From Phyllobates terribilis (taxonomy: Eukaryota), in the NCBI RefSeq assembly GCF_046119375.1, contig NW_027362764.1, forward strand, positions 49,910,001 through 49,974,000: a stretch of DNA of 64,000 nucleotides. Direction: 5' to 3'. Shown piece after piece: positions 1-11,297 of the stretch; the first letter of the stretch is position 1, and every line of letters starts with the position of its first letter. A program made the position numbers and the translations under genes. The notes beneath the pieces were generated by a model, which made no database searches, was not told where the DNA came from, and worked only from the letters and a program-made list of their open reading frames with translations.

Positions 1-245
1 TTTCCCTACCATCTATAAAGTTGTTCTCCATTTCTGTTCCTCCATTCTATAAAATTCCTTGCAGTAAGTGACATCAGGGAGGGGCCTAGAGCTAATTAGG
101 ACCTTTCCAGGTAACCTCCAGCCTCCTCTCCTGCACCGATCATTGTCAGGCAGGAGAGGGAGACTTGTGCAGCTCTCTTCCTGCACTTGTCTCTCTCTCC
201 CGGCTCCACCTCTCTGTCCAACTTGCTTTCTTTATTGCAGTCCCT

Positions 246-2791
246 ATGGCTGATATGGCTGTAGTTCTGTAAAAAGCATAATTAATGTCAATTGGTGAGA
301 ATGGGGATAATGAACGGAAGGTCACAGAAGGAGCGATAAACTATTTACTATACAAGATGCAGTTTTCTGGGAATGGGACGTCTACTATAAATGTGCAGAA
401 CTCTGCATGCCGCTTTTTTTACTTTGTTTTATGAATTCAATTATAAAAATACTGCAAATAACAAAACCTCCTGCATTTGTTCTATATTATGTGTCCAACA
501 GTGAGATAGAGGAGGGAGAAGAGATTATAGAGCGTGTAACATCAGAGAGAGGAGAGGAAAATGGCGGAAAAGAGAACATCGGACTGTAAGTAGAGAGACA
601 GTGACATATACTGATATTATAGATTGTAGATGATTGTAGATATTTGATAGTAAATTAGGAATGACTTGTTATAATGATTACAACAGTGGTCATTTATGAG
701 AGCGTTACTACATATAGTCTATGTTATGTGTCCAGTAGTGAGGAAGAGGAAGGAGAAATGTACATGGCTCACATAATAACAGTGAGAGGAGAGGAGGATG
801 GAAGCGGAGATAGCTTCGGACTGTAAGTAGAGAGATAGTGACATATACAGATATTATGGGATGTATACGATCGTAGATGCTTATTAGTAACTGATGAATG
901 ACTGATTATATCGGGGTAGGGATGGGGGAACATATAAAACATGGCTGCCCATACACTCGTCTGTAGTTCTACCTCTGTAAAGGGCTGAATGAATGTTATT
1001 TGGGGAGAAATAGGGGAATGAACCCACTCCAACACTCCCCATAAAAGAGCGATTACAACAGTGGTCATTTATGAGAGCGTTACTACATATAGTCTATGTT
1101 ATGTGTCCTGTAGTGAGGAAGAGGAGGGAGAGGAAGAAATGGATGGAATAGAGTTGGAGAGTAGAGAAGAAGACCACAGCGCAGAGACCACCAGCCTGTA
1201 AGTACAGAGACAGTGACATATACGGATATTATAGGCTGCATATGGTTTAGTAGCTGATGAATGACTTGTTATCACTTAGACTGAGGAGGATACAAAACAT
1301 GTTTGTACATATTGGGGGGTTATTGACTTGGGGGTCCCCTACACCAGGGTTATAGTAAGAACAATTTTCTGAGCTCCTGGTCTTGTCTGATTAGCGATGC
1401 CGCTTCAATGTGGCCATCATCTCCTCTACCTTCAACCTTGGTAGTCACAGTGGCCATCAGCAAAACCATTTCCAGTGCCCCATGGCCACTTTGGAAAGGC
1501 AAGAAAACGTGGATTTCTTTGGAATAAGACATCGGATCGCAGATATCAAGGTGTCATTTTATTCAACTTCCAGTGACCTACATGCCCATATAGACGGCTT
1601 AGGAGGGACGATCCTACTGACAGATTCTCTTTTAGTCATTGGAGTGACAGTATTTAGGACACACACTAGATGATATTTTCTGATATTTTCTAAGTTTCTC
1701 TGTTTCTAATAAAAACTTCATTTTTGTTACAGGCCAAAAGTAAAGACAGCGTGGGCCGACACTGAGCCAATGCCGTAAGTAATAAGAGCGATCATGGCGG
1801 CATTTACTCCAATGAGACCTTGGACTTTTGAACGATGACGTCATATAGTGACATAAGCGCCGCACATTACACAGGACAATATCACTGTGTATATCCTCAT
1901 AGACTGATCAGGATGATAATGTGAACTGTCTGTATCTCAATTAGTTTGTTTGGATTTTTTTTAAGATGCAAACGTAAATGGTGGATACCAAAATGCTTCA
2001 AAAGATCGAGCAGGAGCCATGTCAAATACATGTAGGTACTTTACCCTCTTCCCACAAATGGACGCGCCCATATGTCCTAATTGCTGTCTTCTAGATGCAA
2101 AACTATTCAATGATTCATCCTGGCAGAAGATCAGTCACCATGAATGTGAAAGTGATATTTATACTAGGAGCTAATAATTAGTAATGACATCTATCCATAT
2201 ATCTACATCATGTAGAAATGTATAGGAGAGACTTTATGTTTATTGTCTGTGTCCTATTGGGACTAGGATTTGTTCCCGATAATTATTTTACAAGGTATTT
2301 ATTTGTGATCATTTCTTCTATTTCTTCAGCAGCAGAAAAGATAAAGATGAAAAAGCACAACGTCCACCAAAGTAAGTAAAAGCTTCCCCCATTATAGTAT
2401 GTGAAGTGTTGTTACACTGAGGCTCATAATATTGTGTCTTCCCTTTATATCTTTATACTATATTGTATATTTTAATGGAAGAAACCAATATTTAAATGTC
2501 TATCTATATATGTCCAGGCTTGGACTGGCCCACAGGAGAACAGGAGAATCCTCCGGTAGGCCGCCCCTGTGAAGAAGTTATTTTTGCATGTAGCTGAATA
2601 GTGGGCCTCAAGAATCACAGTTACTGGTGGGCCGTTGCCCATAATGGGAGAAAAGCATTTCCCGACTTCTAAACTCACCGACCCTCCCGTCCTTTCTTCT
2701 CCATTCTAAACACTATTGAACAATGTTTCGGCTTCCTCTTAGGCTCCTCAGAGCTTTCTTATGCTGCTTCAGCAGTACAGCGGCAGAGTAA
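246..2791 (+). CDS. Spliced host gene of unknown function, acidic low-complexity protein. Predicted coding exons: 246-268, 502-585, 739-822, 1114-1197, possibly 1395-1508, 1733-1774, 2330-2371, 2743-2791
   Basis: Pyrimidine-tract AG acceptors and GT donors (mostly GTAAGT) bound each exon; every junction is phase 2 and the joined frame is open: MADMAVVL-EIEEGEEIIERV...-EEEEGEMYMAH...-EEEEGEEEMDG...-PKVKTAWADTEPMP-SRKDKDEKAQRPPK-LLRAFLCCFSSTAAE*. Upstream donor GTAAGT at 64 may end a 5'UTR exon. The 1395 exon has only a weak donor. No family recognised. Confidence 0.6.
502..1197 (+). repeat. Three tandemly duplicated 84-nt exons (502-585, 739-822, 1114-1197) with duplicated intron flanks
   Basis: Each exon is T+27 codons+CT, followed by GTAAGTA(G/C)AGAGA(C/T)AGTGACATATAC; the block ACAACAGTGGTCATTTATGAGAGCGTTACTACATATAGTCTATGTTATGTGTCC precedes copies 2 and 3. 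Confidence 0.8.
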
Positions 2792-2809
2792 AAAAAAAAA
2801 AAGGTAAGG

Positions 2810-3060
2810 TTTTTTTTCAAATAATTTTTTATTGAATGATTTTAAGATTGACAAAAAATCTATTCAGTATGATCTTAAGTTTTCAATAATTATTATATAA
2901 ACAGTCGGGTGGTGACAAATGAGTTTTTTTCTTATGAAAAAACGGGCAATCATACACTGATGAAGGCGGGTAGGTTGGAGTATAAGAGGGGAGGTAGGAG
3001 GATGATGTCACAGTCAAGTTGTGATATTCAGTATGTGGTATGACCAGACTTCATTGCCCT
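2810..3060 (-). mobile_element. Probable non-LTR (LINE-like) 3' end fragment
   Basis: T-run plus TTTATT (AATAAA and poly-A on minus); similar to 12790-12870. Family assignment uncertain. Confidence 0.3.
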
Positions 3061-4189
3061 CAGTCCTGCCAGCTGCTGTAAGTTTTCCTTTCTGGCCGAT
3101 ACACTGGCACACTACCGGTGGTGCACATGTGCAGGGCAGGAGGACAGGGTGTATCCCCGGCTGTATCTAGAGCAGCGGCTGTTGTGGTCGTGTGATCAGA
3201 CTCCCTTCCGCGTATCACTTCACGTGGATTGAGACTCCGGTCGCATGTTCTGACGTTACACGGTTCATGACTTATTCAGAGAGTTGCGCCTGATCCCAAA
3301 CTCTAATCATAGCATGCGCCAATCAAGTCTGCTCTATTAGCCAGTTTGTGCCGAAACAAGCACCAGGGTTGGTGTCACGTCAGGGGTAGGATAGTCCATG
3401 AGTATATACATATACTGTATATTTAGAGGTGTCCAACTGCCTATTTCTCCATGGTATTTCTATCATACTCTATGTCCAGTTTCTTGTCTATACTTGTCTA
3501 TAGGCTCAGCTCTTTTGATATGCACTTGGAACATGTTGTTACCTTATTATTCTGGACCCCTATACCACCATTATGTAATGCGTTGCCTCCTGCTGTGTTT
3601 CATCATCCACTTCATGACTCACGTTTTAATTTATGATCTACTAAATTATTATTTTTTTTACACCAAGTGCCACCACTTAAGAACGGCAAGTGACCCCCTT
3701 ATGTACATCCCGACCACCTGAAGGCCGCCTTTGTTCAGGAGAAGTGGAGTCGCAGGCACGGAGCATTTTTGACCCACATTAAGAATGTGTCATAGTTGGG
3801 CTGGGACTGCCAGCTGCTTCCTCCAATACTTGTCCCTGCAGGGGAGTCTGGCGCACCATTGACTGCACCAACCCATGGAAGCTCTGCAGAAGAAGCAGAC
3901 AGGTTGTTGAGGCCATGACAGCAATTCTTCAGAAGTTTGGCTGTCAGGTTGAAAACCACTTCTGAAGGAAGAAAGGCAGAAAAGGTGGCACAGACACGGA
4001 GGAGCAGGGATCAAACCAATGAAGAAGTTGTCCAGGTACAGACACCCCTTTCAACCAGTGCTAGCTTTTTATCTCCTTAACAGATGGCCAGATGAAAAAC
4101 CTACTGCTCAATGATCCCATGATCATTGGGCAGAAGATTAATGTGCCCCCCCAGCAATATCTTTGACATAGGTCATGACTTTGATGCAA

Positions 4190-5720
4190 TCAAAGCCTGT
4201 TGCTACGCATTATTGCCGATATTTACAGAAAATCTACGGCTACCAATTCACTGCTCCATGCAAAATCCTCCCATTTGTCTTCCACTATAAGGGGGATTCC
4301 CATCGGCCAGTTCCTTAAGGCTAAGAGGATCTGCACAGAGGAACACAATTTTGAAAATCAGGCCACTAATCTAGTACAACGTTTCCTTGATAGGAGCTAT
4401 AGTCGGAGACAAATTAGACGATGATATATGAAAGCCAAGGGGACACCAAGAGAACAATTAGTCTATAATATGCCAAAAAAAGATTCCTGCAAAGAATGAT
4501 AATGCAGTACGCTTCATATCCACACCCCGCAAACAATGCGATGAACTTACATCAATTATGAAAAAGCATTGGAAGGTTTTATTTACAGATCCCATATTGT
4601 CTAAAACTCTCCCGATAGCCCCATCAATGGTGGCAAAGAGATGTAGGAACCTTAGGGACATATTTGTCCACAGTTTTTACGATCCAGCTCGTAATAACAA
4701 AAAACCTTCCAGTAATACCATCCTTAATGGTTTCTTCCCTTGTGGCCTCTGTAAGGCCTGTTGGAATCTAATTAAGGCCAAAGATTTACAGAACTTCAAT
4801 GGTACAAAAACGTTTGCGATACGTAGACATCTAAACTGCAGCTCTAAAGGAGTTATTCACTACGCCGAATGTCATTGGCAGAAGCTCTACTTTGGCCTTA
4901 CCACCAGAGAACTGAAAATACAGGTAAGGGAGCATGTGTGGGACATCAAAAAAGCAAGTAATATTGATGACCCCACTGTACTTAAGACTATTCCGCATCA
5001 TTTTAAGTTATACCATAATTGTAGCCCTAAAGGTCTTAAAGTTAGATCTATCGACCAGATTGATTTGGGTCAAAGGGGAGGGGATTTTGGAAAAGTATTA
5101 GCCCAGTTCGAAAGCCGATGGATCTTTCGACTGCACTTTAAGCCCACAGGGCCTTAACGAGACCCCCGGCTTTGGATCAATGTTGTAATGTTTATTTAAT
5201 GCTAGTTAGGTTTCATGTGTTCTTAGGTGACTATTTTTATTGGTGTTTGCTTTTATCTCCTGGTGATTAATGCCATATTTTAACCTTCCCACTAGTGATG
5301 AGCGAGTATGTTCTGTTAACCCTTTCGGCGCACTTGCTCAGGCGAACGATGAGTATCTTCAGCGTTCTCAGGTGTTATGCTTCAGTCTCTCTGAAACAGC
5401 TTTAATACATGTGAGGAATGTCTGTTTCTTAAGCATTCCTCACATGTATTAAATCTGTCAAACAGTCGCAAATCATGGACACAGAGAGAATGAAACATAA
5501 CACCCAAGCACGCTGAAGATGCTCGGTGTTCGCCTGAGCATGCTCGCCGAAAGGGTTGACAGAGCATACTCGCTCATCACTACTTCCCACATCTTTTTCA
5601 TTTAGTTTTCTGTTTTTTGGCACCAAGTAATCCGAGTACTTGTATTTTCATTAATATCATTGTATCTTTTGACTTCAGAGCGGAGCACCTTTATCCTCAA
5701 CTCTGCCATTTACTTACCCT
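4190..5720 (+). mobile_element. Penelope-like retroelement 3' fragment (RT thumb plus GIY-YIG endonuclease), disrupted
   Basis: ORF 4200-4424 SHLSSTIRGIPIGQFLKAKRICT (PLE thumb motif); ORF 4558-5157 has FPCGLCKAC, LNCSSKGVIHYAEC...LYFGLTTRELKIQVREH (GIY-YIG) and FESRWIFRL; stop codon and frameshifts between the ORFs. Confidence 0.85.
5293..5582. mobile_element. hAT-type MITE (290 bp)
   Basis: TIRs TAGTGATGAGCGAGTATG...CATACTCGCTCATCACTA; perfect 8-bp TSD CTTCCCAC (5285-5292, 5583-5590). Confidence 0.9.
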
Positions 5721-6003
5721 TATTTTGGGTTCCCATGGGAGAGTTCGCTGTAACATGGATGGCAATATTGGCTGAAAAGAAGAAGCAATGAAGACTGCAT
5801 TTCCAGAATTACCTGAGGTTTAGCTCCTGCGAGAGTATTTGTAGGACATCGTTGGCAACACTGTTTGCAAAAAGGAAAAGAAGAAGATGAGATTCCTGAA
5901 ACCACATGAAATGGACTATTTTCCCCCCACATCCTGTCCTCCACTTACCTGTATCCTGGGTTCCCCTCTGGACAGGTTGTTAAGGCACGAATAGCAATTT
6001 CTC
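5718..6003 (-). pseudogene. Pair of paralogous minus-strand micro-exons (5949-6003, 55 nt; 5718-5771, 54 nt) with a possible decayed third copy (~5813-5864)
   Basis: Both have pyrimidine-tract CAG acceptors and GTAAGT donors; peptides EIAIRALTTCPEGTQDT (after removing one G) and NIAIHVTANSPMGTQNK align with third-position differences. Confidence 0.35.
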
Positions 6004-6289
6004 CTGCAAATAAGATAAAAGAAAAAGACTCTTTTCTAAGATATGTGAAGATTTTGGGTGACCTCCAATAATAGACAGGATTGTGATGAGACTTGGCGGT
6101 AACCTGTTTAAGATCTATATATTGGTTTTCGTTATATCTTATAGATGTCTCCCCCTTTTTTGCAATGTGTAGTAAAGGCTTGGGACAATTATAGGGTTGC
6201 AGCCGATAGGCACCCATTTATTAGGATTTGGATTGTTGTTGCTGGCTATACTATAGAGGTGTTTCTCTCCCAATGGTTTGGGGGCTTGC

Positions 6290-6600
6290 AGCATTGTAAC
6301 TGACAGGCATTATTTAGTAATCTCTGTGTTGCACACCATTCACTGCCAAAAATAGCACCAACACCGGTGGACCCCACAGAGTCGGTGAACGTCTGCAATT
6401 CAGAGTTGGAGACTTCAGCTGACTGACAACAAGTGCGACTATTAAAATTGAGGAGAAAGTGTTTCCAAACATTCAAATCCTTTTTCATTGAACTGGTAAC
6501 CATAATACGGTGCTCGGACATGGATATTCCCCTGGTAGCCAAAGACACCCGCCGGGAAAATACTCTACCCATGGGCATTACTCGGCACTTATGGGGACTG
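6290..6600 (-). mobile_element. DIRS/Ngaro-type tyrosine-recombinase retrotransposon fragment (RT end/RNase H)
   Basis: ORF 6246-6605: CRVMPMGRVFSRRVSLATRG...DLNVWKHFLLNFNSRTC...FTDSVGSTGVGAIFGSEWC, matching the recalled DIRS RT/RH pattern (FTDA(A/S)G..GFGA.FG..W). Confidence 0.75.
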
Positions 6601-7739
6601 AACATGCACGCGATGCCCCGCTACAGTCAATCCCGCAGCTGTTCCAAATTTGCCCTGGTACAATATCACGTCAGTTGATTTGAATGCTGACCGCCCCTTC
6701 TAGGATTACGCCTATCCTTGGCACTGTTCCTTTCTGCTCCTATGCATTAAGCAACCAGATTGGATAGATCACACTATATATACACTGGCCCCTTAGAGTA
6801 CTGACACAGCCCCGGAAGAAGCGTGATGCAAAACGGCGTACGGGTTCTGAGAGGTGAAGCTATACACTTGCGTCTTGTCCCTGACATACCACACAAATAC
6901 AATTAATTTACTACTACCCCTAAATGATCCCTTGTTTGTATGTTATTGTGATGGAAGTATATGTAAGCAGAGCTGTACTCATTTAGGTACTCTGTTAGGA
7001 TGTATTGGTAGATAGGAGCTTAATGACCACCAAAGTATACAGGCCCTTTACTTTATATTATCTTTATCTTTGGCTGGTAGTAATTAGCATTTGGATATTT
7101 ATCATTCTGGTAATACGTACCCCACCATGCACTGTTGGCACTTTATGGATATTTCCATCTATATACTACCAATTTTTTGAATTGTCCATTGTTCGGCTCT
7201 GTTCTAGCTCCTAGTCATACCTGTTAGGATCTTTATTTATGTAGTAATTTTATATTGATGCAACGCAGCTTTACATTGCACCTCTCTGCATTGGAGGTTT
7301 CTTGTCCCCACTCGCTTCTTTCTTTACTGTTTTTTTTAAATTAGCATTTATCAAATAAAATTGATTTTACTGATCTAGAGTCTCTGTCATCCAGTAGTAT
7401 AGATCATGCTGCATAGGATTAAGTGGATACCATGATCTATTAAATAGGCATAATTAGAGCCAGAAATACTAGTCAATATGAACTAGTACACTCCGCCAAG
7501 AAGTGACCAGTAGAGTCAAAGGTAAGATTTACCACTCAGGACCATTCACATTGGAGCTTGATGAAAAATTGTATTAAGAATATTTTGGCCAATTGTCCTC
7601 CAGATTCTTTTCTACAGAAGTTTTTATCTTCTTAACCGACTTTCACAGCATGATGAACACGGAATTTAAGAGATCTATTTGTTAGAAGCCATTATAAGAC
7701 AAAAAACAACCCTCTGGTCCTCAATAGGTCTGCATTCCC

Positions 7740-8239
7740 TGTGGAAGAGTTGTGGCCTGCTTGAGTATCGAGGACGCCACTGATTTGGCTGATTCCACTG
7801 GCAATAAAAGCGATCATGTTACTCAGACTATTACCTGCACCACCCAAGCAGTGATTTACTGTTCCACCTACACATGCCCCAAAATATCTGTGGGACTCAC
7901 TACCCAGGAAATAAAAGTGAGAGTGAGGGAACACGTCAGGGATATCCTAGCAGCAAAGTTTGAAAAGGATCTGGATCATTTATGAATAAGGATAAGGGAA
8001 TAGTTGAAGTTCTGATTCTGGTACCCGACCAAACTTTAGTCCAAAGTTTGATTCGAGTACCAGAACTTTATCCAAACTAGAACCTGATTGAAATCAATGT
8101 GGACCTGAACTTTGTAGCTGGAAAATTCTCTCTCTTGGACAAGACCGTGTTCATAGTTTAGCGCCGGACACTAAGTGTCCGGTACGAAACCTGAACTTTC
8201 CAGTTTCTGTTCTCTATTTATGAACCATTCTCAGACATG
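7740..8239 (+). mobile_element. Second Penelope-like GIY-YIG fragment, split by a MITE and truncated by a piggyBac-type insertion
   Basis: ORF 7752-7985 ITCTTQAVIYCSTYTCPKISVGLTTQEIKVRVREHVRDI...DLDHL; after the MITE it resumes with ACCATTCTCAGACAT (TI.RH, cf. LKTIPHHF in the first copy). Confidence 0.75.
7987..8216. mobile_element. Degenerate hAT-type MITE
   Basis: 8-bp TSD TTTATGAA (7979-7986, 8217-8224); decayed TAG...CTA termini and internal GAAC/GTTC repeats. Confidence 0.7.
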
Positions 8240-9440
8240 TTAACCCCTTTACCCCCGAGGGTGGTTTGCACGTTTATGACCAGGACAATTTTTACAATTC
8301 TGACCACTGTCACTTTATGAGGTAATACCTCTGGAACGCTTCAGTGGATCCCCCTGATTCTGAGACTGTTTTTTCATGACATATTGTACTTCATGATAGT
8401 GCTAACATTTCTTCAATATGACTTGCGTTTATTTGTGAAAAAAAAATGAAAATTTTGAATATTTTTGCAATTTTCAAAATTTTCATTTTTATGCCCTTAA
8501 ATCAGAGAGATGTGTCACACAAAATAGTTAATAAATAACATTTCCCACGTGTCTACTTTACATCAGCACAGTTTTGGAACCAATTTTTTTTTGTAAGGAA
8601 TTTATAAGGGTTAAAAGTTGAGCAGCGATTTCTAATTTTTCCAACAAAAAATTGGTTGGACTACAGGTCAGTCTAATAGATCTGACAACCTCTACCTGCC
8701 CCTGAAGGATCGCCTTCAGTAGCACTGTACCTTCAAGGACTCCTATATCCATTATATATACGGTACTATTTACTATATATCTCCTGCATTTTATTGCACC
8801 TAAAGATACCCCCAGCAAGCTCTGGCAGATTCTCACACCCACTGTGGCATTTTTTCCTTGTCCCTTACACTTCTTTCCCCTAGCCCCCACTGGGCCAATC
8901 TTCAAAAAAATTCCCAGACCGATACACCAGGAGTGAATACATCCACCTGGCAGTCCACCTGATACTCCAGGTAACGGCTGCTTGTACACCCCCCATAAAC
9001 CAAGTGTACCTTAAATCATTCTAGGATAATACTATTGTGCCAACGAACTAACTTCCAGAGACCCCAAGCAAGTCCCCAACCAGGATCCACACAAACCCCA
9101 CCTAGGGTTAATAGAAGATAAACAATACCCGCACCCTTCCACAGGTACGTCCCTGTCCTTCTAACTTCTTTTAAACTTACCCTAGCATGTAATTCATATT
9201 AACTTCATTCTTCCTCTCTTCTCTTAATAGGATCCACCTTAATCTACATCCAGGTCTGAACAATACCCCAGGACCCTTTGTGCCTTATTTTTAGCATTTT
9301 ATCTACTATACGCATGTAGATATTTTTAATTGTATCTTTTATCTAAAAATAAAACTTTATTATTTTACTCCTCCACTGTCTATGCTCTTCAATTAGATCA
9401 GCGCTAATTTTATTATTATTTTTTATTGTATTTTCTAATA

Positions 9441-9442
<2 letters not shown>

Positions 9443-9501
<59 letters not shown>
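9443..9501. repeat. (AT)n microsatellite
   Basis: About 29 perfect AT units. Confidence 0.97.
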
Positions 9502-9504
<3 letters not shown>

Positions 9505-10538
9505 TATATATAGATTTTTTTTTCAATTCACCTTGAATTTATTATCTTCTAATTAAAATTTAGGGACCACATCACATTTGAAGTGACTTTGAGGGGCCTT
9601 TATAACAGAAAATACCCAAAAGTGACACCATTCTAAAAACTGCACCCCTCAAGGTGCTCAAAACCACATTCAAAAAGTTAATTAACCCTTCAGGTGCTTC
9701 ACAGGAATTTTTGGAATGTGGAAGAAAAAAATGAACATTTAACTTTTTTCACAAAAATGTTACTTTAGACCCCAATTTTTTTTTATTTTTGCCAGGGTAT
9801 CAGGAAAAAATGGACCACAAAATTTGTTGTGCAATTCCTCCTGAACACGCTGATACTCCATATGTGGGGAAAAAACACTGTTTGGGTGCACGGCAGGGCT
9901 CGGAAGAGAAGGAGTGCCATTTGACTTTTTGAACGTAAAATTTGCTTGAATAATTAGCGGACACCATGTTGCGTTTGGGGAGCCCCTAGGATGTGCCTAA
10001 ACAGTGGAAACCCCCCACAAGTGACACCATTTTGGAAACTAGACCCAGCAGGGAACTTATCTAGGTGTGTGGTGAGCACTTTGAACCCCCAGGTGCTTCA
10101 CAGAAGTTTAGAACATTGAGAAGTAAAAATAAAATTTTCACATTTTTCCAACAAAAATGTTTTTCAGCCTTCAATTTAGCATTTTCATAAGGATAACAGG
10201 AGAAATTGCCCCATGCAATTTGTTGTACAATTTCTTCTGAGCACGCAGATGCCCCATATGTGGGGGAAAACCACTGTTTGGGTGCACTGCAGGGTTCGGA
10301 AGAGAAGGAGCGCCATTTGACTTTTTGAATGTAAAATTTGGTTGAATAATTAGCGGACGCCATGTTGCTTTTGGAGAGCCCCTGATGTGTCTAAACAGTG
10401 GAAATCCCCCACAAGTGACACCATTTTGGAAACTAGATCCCTCAAGGGTTTTATCAAGGGGTATAGTGAACATTTTGAACCCAGAGGCACGACACAGAAT
10501 TTGATAACATTAGGTCATCATATTGAATAAGTTGTCAT

Positions 10539-10851
10539 TAGTCTTGAGCGCAAGTGCTCGCTACTTGAGTTTGCATCGGGTACTCAGGTATGCACCATGT
10601 ATCACGGGTGCTCGATTGACATGCTCGAGTCCCCGCCCGGCATGTTTCATGGTTATTAGACACCCAAAAAAAAACATGTGGGGATCGCTCATGCATGGCA
10701 GGCAATCCCCGCAAGTTTTTTTTTGGCTGTATAGCAGCTGCACAACATATGGGGTGGAGACTCGAGCATGTCACTCGAGCACCCACGATACTTGGTGCAT
10801 ACCCGAGCACCCGATGCAAACTTAAGTAGTGAGCACTTGCGCTCAACACTA
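10539..10851. mobile_element. hAT-type palindromic MITE (313 bp) nested in the piggyBac-type element
   Basis: Termini TAGTCTTGAGCGCAAGTGCTC...GAGCACTTGCGCTCAACACTA; arms over 100 bp; TSD GTTGTCAT/GTTGCCAT (1 mismatch). Confidence 0.88.
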
Positions 10852-10924
10852 GTTGCCATATCGTTGTCATTCTTTTTCTTTACTTTTGAAAAAATCCCAA
10901 CCCCAATGCAACCCCAACCTTAAT

Positions 10925-11297
10925 ACAACTCCAATCCTAACCCTAGCACAAACCCAACTCTAACCTTAGCCCAACCCTAACCCTAGCCCAACCCTAACCC
11001 CACCCTAACCCTAGCCCAACCCTAACCCTAACCCTAGCCCAACCCTAACCCTACCCTAACCCAACCCTAACCCTAGCCCAACACTAACCCTAGCCCAACA
11101 CTAACCCAACCCTAACCCTAGCCCAACCCTAACCCTAGCCCAACCCTAACCCTAACCCAACCCTAGCTTAACCCTAACCCTAGCCCAATCCTAGCCCAAC
11201 CCTAACCATAGCCCATCCCTAACCCTAACCCAACCCTTACCCTAGCCCAACCTTAACCCTAACCCTAGCCCAACCCTAACCCTAGCACAAACCTAGA
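10925..11297 (+). repeat. Telomere-like repeat tract (CCCTAA interspersed with CCCTAG/CCCAA variants)
   Basis: Repeated AACCCTAACCCTAGCCC; reverse complement is TTAGGG-like. Confidence 0.9.

Noticed and set aside
1395-1673. ORF 1410-1673 as an exon of the host gene
   Set aside because: It is in the wrong phase for the flanking exons; in the phase-compatible frame a stop follows at ~1525 unless the weak donor AC|GTGGAT at 1509 is used. Kept only as uncertain.
3735-3985. Minus-strand exon candidate with a strong acceptor near 3963
   Set aside because: Two frames are open, no recognisable domain, and it is separated from the micro-exons by a PLE; cannot be supported without RNA data.
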